DNA of 62,636 bases, filler included, from Rhabdomonas costata (lineage: Eukaryota): assembly GCA_019059605.1 (NCBI GenBank). It is 20 parts of 20 records of this genome, joined end to end, with 100 filler letters (N's around TTAATTAATTAA, not from the genome) between each part and the next. Parts side by side here need not be neighbours in the genome. Positions count along the whole stretch, not along the records: positions 50,199 to 53,210 come from JAHMHO010001533.1; positions 53,311 to 56,397 come from JAHMHO010001534.1; positions 56,498 to 59,516 come from JAHMHO010001535.1; positions 59,617 to 62,636 come from JAHMHO010001536.1; 16 more parts are not named here. The stretch is one strand, 5' to 3'. The position numbers and the translations under genes are program-made. Positions 50,775 to 62,636 of this stretch are shown here, piece by piece. The notes under the pieces are model-generated. The model was given only the letters and a program-made list of their open reading frames with translations. It did no database searches and was not told the origin of the DNA. Positions within the stretch are counted from its first letter, which is position 1; each line of letters begins with the position of its first letter.

Positions 50775-52684
50775 ATGCTCGGCTTTCCATTACTGGCGGC
50801 TCTGCTGCTCGCGTTGATTCCGCAAGTCCTTATGCAACTCATAGAACCGGGGGCAGTTGTGGAACCCACCACCCTGTCTTCGGGAGAGCTCCCGGGTAGG
50901 GGGGAATCTTGTCTGGGGAGGAAGGCAATGCCCCTCTTCTCGATGAGAAAAGCAAAGGTGTTGTGAGAGCGTTGCAGCGGTGCTTCTGAAGTCATTCAAA
51001 GTGATGATAACCGTCCCCCGTAGCGGAATCTCTGTTCTTAATGCAGAGCGATTGATCTGGAGCCGTTCTCTTCCTAGCCGTGGCTGTTTGCACCTGTTTG
51101 CTCTGTTGTGTCACTGCCTACACTTGAAACCCATCTGTGCGGGCATGCCTTCTGTAAATTGAATTTCCTATTTTTTAAACATTGTTTTTTCACACAATTG
51201 GCGTGAACGGCACCCACAATAGATCTGAATGCGTTCGGTTCCAAAAAAAAATTGAAACCAGGAAAATTTCTGACCTTTTCTAAAGTTTGCAAGTTCTACA
51301 ATTTTGTGATCGTGCCCACCTCCTCGCTTTTCACATGGATTGATCCCCTGAATCCTCTTTGCTTGCGTCGGCAACCTGTTGCTTATTCTTGCCCTTCCGT
51401 GAGTGAATATGACGGTTAGTTCCATGACAAGCAACCCATGAGGAGTGAAAAGCAAATCAATCGGCCCACCAATACTCTTAAAAAAAGCTGAGGAGAGAAT
51501 AGCTCTGCGGAGATTTGCCCTGGGCACGAAGGATTGTATCCATCCCTTGCTGTGGGCGGGTGTATTGCACTGCACCTGGGAGGCGTGCGGTGCTCCCCTG
51601 AAGGCCACGTCGTGGAGGTCGACCTCGCCGGCCTTCGTTGCCGGGGCTGGATCAACTTTTCCGTCATTTCAAAGGCTCCATCCAAAGGCTCTCCGTGGCA
51701 AACAACCGCTTCACTGGTGCCCTGGATCTCGCCGGAGTTCCACCGCGCCTGCAGGAGCTTGTGGCCAGCGGCAACCGGTTCAACAGAATTGTGCTCACTG
51801 AGATTTCCGCGGAAGGCCTCAACGAGACTGGGGCGGTGCCACGGCTTCCAGCGGGGCTGGACCGGCTCAAGCTGCACAACAATGCTTGGGAGTGCCCATT
51901 GCCTTCTGCCCCTTCGGAGCTGCCGGGGTTGTTGGGCAAGTGCACAAGTACTAGCCTACTCTCTATCTCTCTGTTTGTTTCGGTTTAGAGTTATCTTGTG
52001 CAGGAAGAGCTGTTCGGGAGTTTTGGATTCCCCCATTTTTCTCCGCAGACACTCCGAACATTGACTGTCTGATGAGCGGATGGACAACGAGCTCTACGTG
52101 GAGGAGGTGTGCCATCACCACAGTCTCTCAACTCTTTAGCTAATCATCTTGACGGATGCTTTGCAAGCGTGTACACACTGATTAACTCTAATTGATTCGT
52201 TGTACCGACACCACAATAAGATTTCATGGCGAGGTGAAAAACCGAAGAATTCGACCACCAAAAACACATTTTTTCTGGAACGTGCCCTCCACAAGTACCT
52301 TTTTTCTTCACATTTTCTCAAAAATCTTCCATTCGAAGTACACAAACGGGCTAGCGAATCTCTTGGGCTTTATTTTGTGCACAGATGTGGGATAGACTTT
52401 AGCTGTTCCAGACGTGGGCTTCCGCTGTTGAAGGCCTATTGAGGACTCACCCCTTGAACACCACCTTTGGAATGGTTTTGGCTGGCGCGGTGTATGTCGG
52501 AGTAATGGTGCTGAATGGCCGGCCCTCTCTGCAAGTGATTTTAGCCTTAGAGGTGGTCTTGCTGAGCCTGGCCATGGCTGTCCTTTGCCTCGTGGTTTCT
52601 CTGAACATCGCCGTGCTGATGGTGCGGGTTTTTCTGATCCTGACAATGGAAGTTGTGGAAAGGCTTCCGCTGCAGTGTCGGTGA
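50775..52684 (+). pseudogene. Signal peptide + LRR + C-terminal TM protein with internal frameshifts (exons 50775-50895, 51488-51935, 52049-52106, 52412-52684)
   Basis: MLGFPLLAALLLALIP signal peptide, LRRNT cap EERIAL..F...W....HCTW.GVRC...GHVVEVDL, and LRRs L.V.NNRFTG.LDL and L.L.NN.W.CP. The homology runs through three successive reading frames. Confidence 0.65.
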
Positions 52685-53480
52685 TCCACCTCTGACATGC
52701 ATTAAAGTTATCTCTCCATTTTTTCATCTCTTTCTCTCTGTTTCATTATGCATGGATCGAGGGGCCCATAGTTTTTCTTCCCTCCTTCGTGTTAGAGTCT
52801 TGCACGAACGAACGTGTTGCGAAATATGTGCGGTTGTTGTGTAACTTCGTCGAAGGTTTCCGCTTGATCTGGAATTTCGGATGCTTGCACGGACACGACG
52901 TATCGCAACGTGCATCATACTGGTGCTTCACTGAACGAAACGTGAGGTCGCGTATGAAACGTTGTTGAATATTGAAGCGTTGATGAAAGAGGCTCAGCAG
53001 TGATAGTTTTTTATTCGCAAATGAATTGACGTGTGCTTGAGTCATATTCTTGCCAGTAAAGCCAGCTTGAGACCCCCCGCGATCATACGATAGTATCTAA
53101 CTTGAAAAGGAACTCTCACACACCTGCACACGAATTTGCTCCCCTGTGTGCCCGACGTGGGCGCAAGGACTGACGTCGACGAAGGTCCCGAAATTCTCGC
53201 AAAAAAAAAANNNNNNNNNNNNNNNNNNNNNNNNNNNNNNNNNNNNNNNNNNNNTTAATTAATTAANNNNNNNNNNNNNNNNNNNNNNNNNNNNNNNNNN
53301 NNNNNNNNNNGGTGGGGTTGAAGGTGATCCACAATTTGATGATGCATTATCTCGCGCCACCAAAAGAGACTACCGTCATGTTTGAGTGACGCGAGATAAT
53401 GCATCATCAAATTGTGGATCACCTTCGACCCCATCCAAGATCCGCGATCCACATTTTTTGCCCTGATCATCCATCATTGA

Positions 53481-55204
<1,724 letters not shown>

Positions 55205-56506
55205 GTCATCCCTAATTTTGCCCCTCCTCCCCCCGCGTGCGCGCGCAGAAGATAAGATAGAAATGTCAAAAAAATACCCAGGGCCTGAAAGTGGATGCGG
55301 ACCGCTTCTGTTTGTTTGTTTTTGTTGTTGGTGCTTTTCTGTTCGGTTGTGCTCTTTTTGTTCGCTCGATGTGTGTTGTTTGCTTGTTTGTGCTGTGTTG
55401 CCTCCGTTTTGTAAATACCTGTCTGCAGGGCTAATAAAGACAAGACAAAATGGTTTTGGCTGCTGCTCTCAAGCTTCCTTTGTGCCACACCCCAGGACGT
55501 GTTTCTTCAGACACGTTTTCGTGACGCCTGCCCTTTTTTGAATTCCCCTCCATCCCAGGGGCTTTGTTGTTTTTGTTTGCTGCGTTGCTGCCTCGTTATG
55601 TGACCGTTGCCCGTATTTTTGTCTTTGCTTCTTTTTGACTTTTTTCCCTTCCTGTTGGGCTCCGCCCCCCGCGCTTCGGTCCATTCCCCCCGTGTGATCT
55701 TCCGAAAGGTGGTCTCGGGGGGGGGGCCTCCGCCTGAAAGACAAACTCACACCCCTTGACCCTTGACGCTTGACATACGTACGGAAGGGATGCAAAAAGG
55801 GGGCCCTTGGAAGAGGACGATGGCCTATTCGTTGGTTTCCCTCCTTTCCCAATTTTTCGTTCTGGTTTTTTCGCTCCGCATTTGTCCGTCTGAAACACCA
55901 CAAAGACTTTTCTTGAGGGAAGTTCTCACTTCCCGCGGGGTGAAAACCTGTCCTGTTTGTTTGTGCTGCCGTGTTTCCTTAACTGATTTCAGGAAGAGAC
56001 TACGTTGCCCTGCAGAAGCTCGGTGTTGGTGCAATGCAAAGAAATCGCAAGTCAAGTTTCCAAGCATTTCACTATTTTTCTGTTTGGGGGGAAGGATCCC
56101 TCAAGCTCAACCACTTAGCTCTCACCTCCGGGGCTAAATGACCTCCAGGAGTCCGGGCCTCCCTCAAGAATGGGGAGGTAATTTATTGAATTTATTGGGG
56201 CTCGAACCTCATGCGCTTAGGCTGGGTGACCTCATCCATGTGACTCCCTGGACCGGGACTGGAAAGCTAACATGAGTGAGCATTGCTTGAGTCAGAGTCA
56301 GAGTGGCGGGTTGGGGCAGCATTTTGGGCCCCGACCCCGAGCCCATCCCCATTGCCCCACTTGATTGATGATCGCCTGCCACACCCCCTTTCGGGTCNNN
56401 NNNNNNNNNNNNNNNNNNNNNNNNNNNNNNNNNNNNNNNNNTTAATTAATTAANNNNNNNNNNNNNNNNNNNNNNNNNNNNNNNNNNNNNNNNNNNNGTT
56501 GGGTGT

Positions 56507-56693
56507 TGATGCACGTGCTCCCTGGGATTCTAATATAGTGATTTGCAGGGGATTAGGTGGCGATGCACCGTTCCCGCCTTCCCCAAACGCTTCTATTTTA
56601 ATCCCGGGAACCGTGCATCGCCACCTAATCCCCTGCAAATCCCTATACTAGAATCCCAGGGAACACGTGCATCACCTCCTAACCCCCTGCAAA
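56507..56693. repeat. Fold-back (MITE-like) element with 70-bp imperfect inverted arms 56507-56576 and 56605-56674
   Basis: The arms differ at 4 of 70 positions. The core motif repeats with a 54-bp period and recurs at 8889-8917 on another contig. Confidence 0.7.
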
Positions 56694-57150
56694 CTCAGAA
56701 AGGGGACCAAAAAAACAAAACTTCACAGCTCACCCTACCGGGGGGGGGGCCATAAATGCACTAGCTCCCAAAATACAAATTACCGAAATATAGTGACAAA
56801 TCGGATCAAAACGGCAAAATGGTATGTCGAAATGGATACAGCACCTATTCAAAAAAGTGGTCAGATTAAAAACACGTGGGAATCGTGGGAATCGTGCATG
56901 TGTTCCATTTTTCCACAATACGACTCAGCGACAGTGGGAAATTTGACTGACTGGTTTGACAAGAGAATTAAGCGATGGCGGAATAGCCATTGCAGACACA
57001 CCGCCTGAGCCAGTCTTGCATCATCCCCACACAGGGCTTTTTCCGCTGTGACGCACAAAAGCTAACCGTCAAGCAGCAAAAGGGAAGGAGTAGATGAGAA
57101 TAGTGTCGATGCTGCCTTGCTTCTCAACCTTCTCGTGTGCCGTTGTGCAG

Positions 57151-59234
57151 GTGGAGCAGAAGAATGGCATTCACGTGGACCTGTTGCTCTGCTGCGGTGA
57201 CTTTGAAGTTTGTTCTTGCAGTACTCCTCGCTGTTCTTGGAAACCAATTGTGAGGGAGGGTATCGGACACTCTCCTCCTGGTCCCGCAGTGTATCGCAGT
57301 TATGTCTTCATTTTCGCAGGCCATTCGGAATGGCCATGACATGAGCTGTCTGAATGTCCCCCCGAAGTACCTGCACATGGGAGACTTCCAGAAGTACTAC
57401 ACAGGTGCGAGATTGGTCTTTGGGGTCAAGGGGGACTGGTGATTACCCGCGGCAAAGAGTCAAAGTTACCAAAGACCGTACATTACAGAACGTGCTTCCG
57501 GAGAGGTCGGTCGGATGACTTAGCAGTAATGTAACATGTAGCGTGATTTTTCCCGTTGCATCTCTGAGGAAGGCGAGCATTTTAAGCATGGTGGGGACCG
57601 CAGTGTCCGCTTGGCGCCGTAAAGGTAATCCCGTGACCTCTTGTAGATAAAAAGATGGGCGTGAATGTATAGTAGGCTACACCGTAAATCGAGTGTCTGC
57701 AACGTTGTATATTAAAAAAGGACATCATATGCTACCAATGCCCAGCGGCATTCGCAACAGGCCATAAAGGCTTCACTACGAAACGTTGCGGACAAAAGTT
57801 CTCGATTTTTTTTTTTGCTGTTGCCGTAAAACAGCTGAGGTGCCAGAAGATTACGTGCAACGCACCATCCTCTTCACCATATTGTGGTGTATTAACATTG
57901 GCTCTGTGTGGCTCATGTGTTTGACCCAAGGTAAACCAGCACATTACTCTCCCCCATATGGGTAAGTGTTCTGCCCCCCTCCCCCCACCGATTTTTGGAG
58001 GTTGTTGCCGATAAGTTCTTGCCGGACGGCGGGCGGTGAGTGAGTGCTTCTTGCTTCCAGGGCAGGCACAAGCTCCCTGCCTGACAATTTTCATTGGGGG
58101 CAACCACGAGGCCTCGAACCACCTCTGGGAGCTGTATGTTTTTCCTTCCTCCTACTGAGCATAATCCTTTGTGTTGCATTGACTAAGCTATGCAGCTGTC
58201 CGGCTTATGCTTGAGTGGTGTCTTGAATGCTGTCTGAGAAAAAGAAAAAATGTCTCTTAATGCATGTTTATTTTTGAATTTGCCGAGATTCTTCTCCCGG
58301 CATGAGATGAATGGCTGTGCATTGTACCGTGCTTGTGTGTGTGTGTGATTGTGCGGGCTTCAGGTACTTCGGTGGCTGGGTCGCCCCGAATATCTACTTT
58401 CTGGGCTTCTCAGGCATTATTTTTATTTTGGGTTTGCTGGCTTTCTCGTTTTATGTGCATACTTGGTGGCTTCTGGCTTGTTTCGCTCAGTGCACATAGG
58501 CCTTTTTCTTATTTGCCATTATGGCTTCAGGGGTGGTCAACGTGGGTGGCCTGCGGATTGCCGGCCTGTCAGGCATCTACAACGGGCGCCACTATCACCT
58601 CTGTGTGCCCCCTCCCCTGTAGTCATCCTGCGTTTGTTTTGTATTCATCTGGCACTGTCTCTGGCATTTTTTTAAGCTGAAGCCCCGTCCATATTTCCTT
58701 TGATGGTGATGAAAATTCTCACAGGGGTTCAATGGACCTTAATGGCCAATACGCTTTGTTTATTGGGTTTTTCTCTGAAGTTTTCTTAAGCTGCCTTTTA
58801 TTTTGGAAAATATTACGATCCACAACAGATCACTGCGCAAGGAGGGCAATCATCTGGAGTGAAATTTTGTCATAAACGGATTTTGGTAGTTCTCGTGTTT
58901 CGCCTTTCCCATCGTGGTTTTCGGTTCTAATGACTTTTTACATCTCAATTGCTCCTGGTTACATACCTACATACCACTTCCCCAGGACCGCCTGCGCACT
59001 GCTGTATTTGCTTTCTTGTATAGCTTACTACGAGAGACCACCTTTCACCATGGATAACAAAATTAGCATCTACCACGTGCGGCACTTCGAGGTGATGAAG
59101 CTCGGCCTGGTACTGCTCTTTGTCCCAGAGACCTTCCTGCGCTCGTTTTTCTTCCAGTTTTTCCCTGCTTGTCTCTTTGTGTGCTCAGATTCAAGAGCCG
59201 GTGACTATCGTGATGTCCCACGACTGGCCTGCCG
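57151..59234 (+). CDS. DBR1: RNA lariat debranching enzyme (exons 57151-57207, 57320-57404, 58061-58133, 58364-58413, 58531-58602, 59024-59109, 59189-59234; partial)
   Basis: [15 protein letters not shown]...L.VPPKY..MGDF.KYY.G...[50 protein letters not shown]...YERPP......SIYHVR...MSHDWP; all phases are consistent. Confidence 0.96.
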
Positions 59235-60261
59235 GTAAAGAAAGCGAGACAGATTCCCCCCTCCCAACTTCATTTCTCCAAATCTGTCTGGATTCGACTG
59301 CGCGCACTGGTGAGTACCCCTTGTTAGGTAGAGCACTTGAGGAATGTGTGTACTTTCGCCCTCCTTATGCGTGTCATTCTTTCTGCGACGCATAGCCTGG
59401 TTTTCTGCCTCTTCAAACAGGGATCGCCCATCACGGTGACAAGGCTGGGCTTTACCGTAGGAAGCCTGACTTTCAAGCTGAGGTATGCTTGCGCGAGGGC
59501 GAAAGTACACACACACNNNNNNNNNNNNNNNNNNNNNNNNNNNNNNNNNNNNNNNNNNNNTTAATTAATTAANNNNNNNNNNNNNNNNNNNNNNNNNNNN
59601 NNNNNNNNNNNNNNNNCCAATCCCGCAACTGCAGATGCCGCACCACACTGCTGGGGGATATCCCTTCACGTGTAATGATCTCATAGGGGTTCATGGTGCC
59701 CCAAACCCGGAACCCTTCTTGTTTACAGTTCCTTCCAGGTGAAACTGTGCTTCATCCATCATCAGCAAGAAACGAACCGGCGAATGCTCGTATAAATAGC
59801 TCCCAGACAGTAGCTGATGCCCTGACTCAACTCAGTTGCTGTTTACCACGTCTTTTCGGGCAGAATATATATCCGACGGGGTGAATGTTTCATGTTTCCT
59901 TGTCGTTGTTCGTCGTTATGTCCGCCAAGTTGTCAAGAATCAGTTTTGTATCAGATGTGTATGTAAACGACTTGCTTTTGAAGAGCCACACTTCCGCTAA
60001 AACCCGGGAAATCTAACGCCTATCTTCATTGCTTTGCTTCCATTTTTTTGGTGTCTAGTTCTGGCTGTCAACTTAACCGTAACCTGAAGTGAAAATGCTT
60101 GGCTCCACCACCACCACCACCACCATCCGTTTCTCTTTGTGTATGTGTGTGTGGGGGGCTGAGCAGTTCCCTTCCCATCGTTCCATTTCCCTTTTGTGCG
60201 AACTTTTTTAACACGTGTTGCTTCCACTTCCAGGTTTTCCCCATAAACTTTTTATGCACAG

Positions 60262-61535
60262 GTGGGCATCCCGCCCTCCATCTCTGCCGTGAACCTCGCG
60301 ATCCGTGCGCACTGCCACATGGGCCGCGCCGACTCTGCGGTGCTGCTGCTGCAGGAACTTGTGCAGCTCTCTCAGCCCCCCGAACTTCGTGGCGCCCCAG
60401 TGGTTGAGCTCGTCACCTGCGCCGCTCTGGCCCGCCTGGCCGGGCGAAGGTATATCCACGGAGAGTCTGGGGAGCTCCGGCGTCACCTTCGGCAGGACAC
60501 CCTTCCCCCTCTACTGGAGGGTGTGCTGGTCTCGCTGCTCACACATGGTCACCGGGTAGCTGCGAATCGAGTCTTGGCCCATGTGGGTGTGCGCGGGAGG
60601 GTGGGAGGTCAGCTTCATTGCTTGCCATTCCCTGTTTTTTTGTGGGAACAGTTTAGCGCAGAGCGGAGGATGTGACATGGCGTTGCCAAGCCAACGTCAA
60701 AAGTGGTGATGAATGCACGGCACTCTGAACACAACGGCAGCGGTTCTGGATCAGGGGACTAATGTAAACGTAAGGTCAGGAAATTTAGAAGAGGGTGAGA
60801 CCAAAGAGCAACCACCACAGAAAGAGGCATAATGATGGCTGGGAATAGAAGTGGCGACAATGACACAAGAACTGGGGGTGGGCGCTCGGAATTGGAGAAA
60901 ACAATGAGGCTGCTGGTGGTGGGTGGTGGTGTGGTGCGAGCGGGCGGGTACCCAAATGATATTTAATGGAAAGGTCAAATTAATGCCTTTTTGGCGTTCA
61001 AGCAAAACCCGAACAATATGAAACATAAATGAAAAAACCGAAAGAAACGTACGCTGAAGGAAAATGTCCAACCACCCTAACACCACCACCAAATCGAGCT
61101 GTCTAGCGCTCACATGAACATTAGCAAAGGAAGGTGCCTACCTTTCCACCAAAGGGTATGCTCCCACACGAAAATGTTAAATAGAGTAAGTATGGGACGA
61201 AATGGGCTTTGTTCCGCCTTCCTTGGCCTCTCTCTATCTCAGAACATGTCCAGGGAAGCACCATTCTGCGTCGGGTGAAGCGTATCCTGAAGAAGGTGAT
61301 TGCGGAGCACCCAGTGGCCGCGCTTCCTGTGAGGGATGGACAGCCCAAGGAGGTGTTTCAGGAGGTCGGTGAGAGCGGCACCCCGCTGCCCACGCCGCGG
61401 GGTGGGGTGGCCCACCCCCCGGCGCTGCGCTTGGTCAAGGCGAAGGCCATGGCGCTAAAGCGAGGGCGCGTGCAAAGCCAAGGGAAGAGCCAGGGTGGGC
61501 AGAAAAAGATTGTTGTGAAGGGCTTTCGGCGGTGA
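60262..61535 (+). CDS. Pentatricopeptide-repeat-like protein, 3' exons (60262-60586, 61243-61535)
   Basis: GIPPSISAVNLAIRAHCHMGRADSAVLLLQEL fits the PPR consensus; phase-1 join to a basic terminal exon. Confidence 0.65.
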
Positions 61536-61973
61536 GTCGCGGAGGGGAGGGGTGCCAAAACTGTCCCATTGTGACTTGTAGAGGTGATTGTATCAGCAGT
61601 GCGGGTGGAGGAGGGCAATTTCGGAATGGGGAACACAGAATGGGCATCTCTCTTTTCAAGTCAAATGGCGCCCCAACGAGTGGTGGGAAACTTCTGTCGG
61701 CCTTTGTCGGTAGGTGTGTGTTCAGTTTTGCTGCTGACAGAAGGAGTGATGCAAAACCCTCACGGTGTTCTCACGAAGCCGAACACCCGGGGCTATCAAG
61801 AGCGGGACGACTTTTGCCTGATGCCTTCTTTTATTGAGAGGAGAAATGTGATGGATATTGGTGAAATGCAGAAGGTTGAAAACGTCTCAAAAAGATGTAA
61901 AATGTGATCATCCCTGGTGGGTGGTGTTTTCGTGACTGAGCCAGTTTTTCCTCCCTTTTTTCCGTTTGCGTTG

Positions 61974-62516
61974 ATGCCGACACCTTCCATCCCTGTCTTG
62001 CAACCTGTGCTGGAACTCAGCCCCCTTCGCTCACACCGCCACTTGACCAGCCTGCAGTCCCAAGAGCGACCCCCAAGGCTCCTCTCCCTTCGACTGTGTA
62101 TCATCCTTTGCTTCGCCTCGGTCGTCGTTGTGACCGCGGTAACCGTAGCTGCCGTGGTGATTACTTCCACCTTCGGGGTGGTCCGTGAACTTCAGGCCAC
62201 GATGACTCAGACTATGCAGCAGGTGCAGGTCGGCTCAGAGGCAGTCGTATCTGAGCTCTCCGCGGCCACACTGCAGATGTTGGACAACTTAGCGAACCGC
62301 TCTCTTACGGATCAGAATGAGCTCTCTGAATTCGCCCAGCTTCAGGTCAGCGAGTTAGCTTCACAGCTGATGAGCCATGACCTTGACCTAATGGAGCAGC
62401 AGCTGGAGGCGCAGCTGGTCACGGTGGTGACCGCCTCGAAGGTGACGCTGAAGTACATCTCGGACCGAGGCCTAAACGTCTCCGTGTTTTCTGACATGCT
62501 GGATATCGGCAGACAG
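61974..62516 (+). CDS. First exon of a second receptor-type membrane protein (TM helix plus long amphipathic helix); absent from the ORF track because the frame runs off the window
   Basis: ATG 61974 ... LSLRLCIILCFASVVVVTAVTVAAVVITS ... CAG|gttgtc; same 'S[IL]R + TM + helix' layout as the gene at 7149. Confidence 0.6.
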
Positions 62517-62636
62517 GTTGTCGATTTCTGTTCCTGTAGGGATGGTGTCGTGTGGCATGCCTTCGCCCTACCGTGTTTTGCTGGTACGATGCTGAGAGCA
62601 GCGCGCAACTGTAATAAAAAACCCAAATCCAAAAAC

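Noticed and set aside
53320-53426. Perfect 37-bp hairpin arms (53320-53356 and 53390-53426), miRNA- or MITE-like
   Set aside because: It lies at the contig edge with the same chimera signature and has no second copy in the window. A real hairpin is not fully excluded.

Overview
This window is not one locus. It is a pseudo-scaffold of 20 unrelated contigs of about 3.0-3.2 kb, joined by 19 artificial 100-nt spacers (N44-TTAATTAATTAA-N44), so no linkage across spacers can be inferred. Contig 1 (1-3028) is very AT-rich and holds one uninterrupted 1008-codon minus-strand frame that the ORF track missed; it looks like a viral fibre or structural repeat protein. The other 19 contigs come from an intron-rich eukaryote with GT-AG and some GC-AG introns and TTAGGG repeats; a euglenid or other euglenozoan-like protist is my inference only. 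By splicing exons by hand I recognise RRP41, a VPS9 GEF, a SIR2-like domain protein, a YTHDC1-like protein, a sorting-nexin BAR end, an SLC25A44-like carrier, SCAI, an Aurora kinase, DBR1, a PPR protein, two receptor-type membrane proteins, a Cys-rich/mucin surface protein, an LRR gene with frameshifts, and a Merlin/IS1595-like transposase start. The most interesting items are a Z-alpha-like domain split by an intron, the viral-like contig, the SIR2-like domain, the LRR gene with repeated single-base shortfalls, a tail-anchored protein with two LIR-like motifs, and a small fold-back repeat family. Contig ends carry G/T-only primer scars and fold-back chimeras, which points to a whole-genome-amplified library. 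All family calls are from remembered motifs; no database searches were run.
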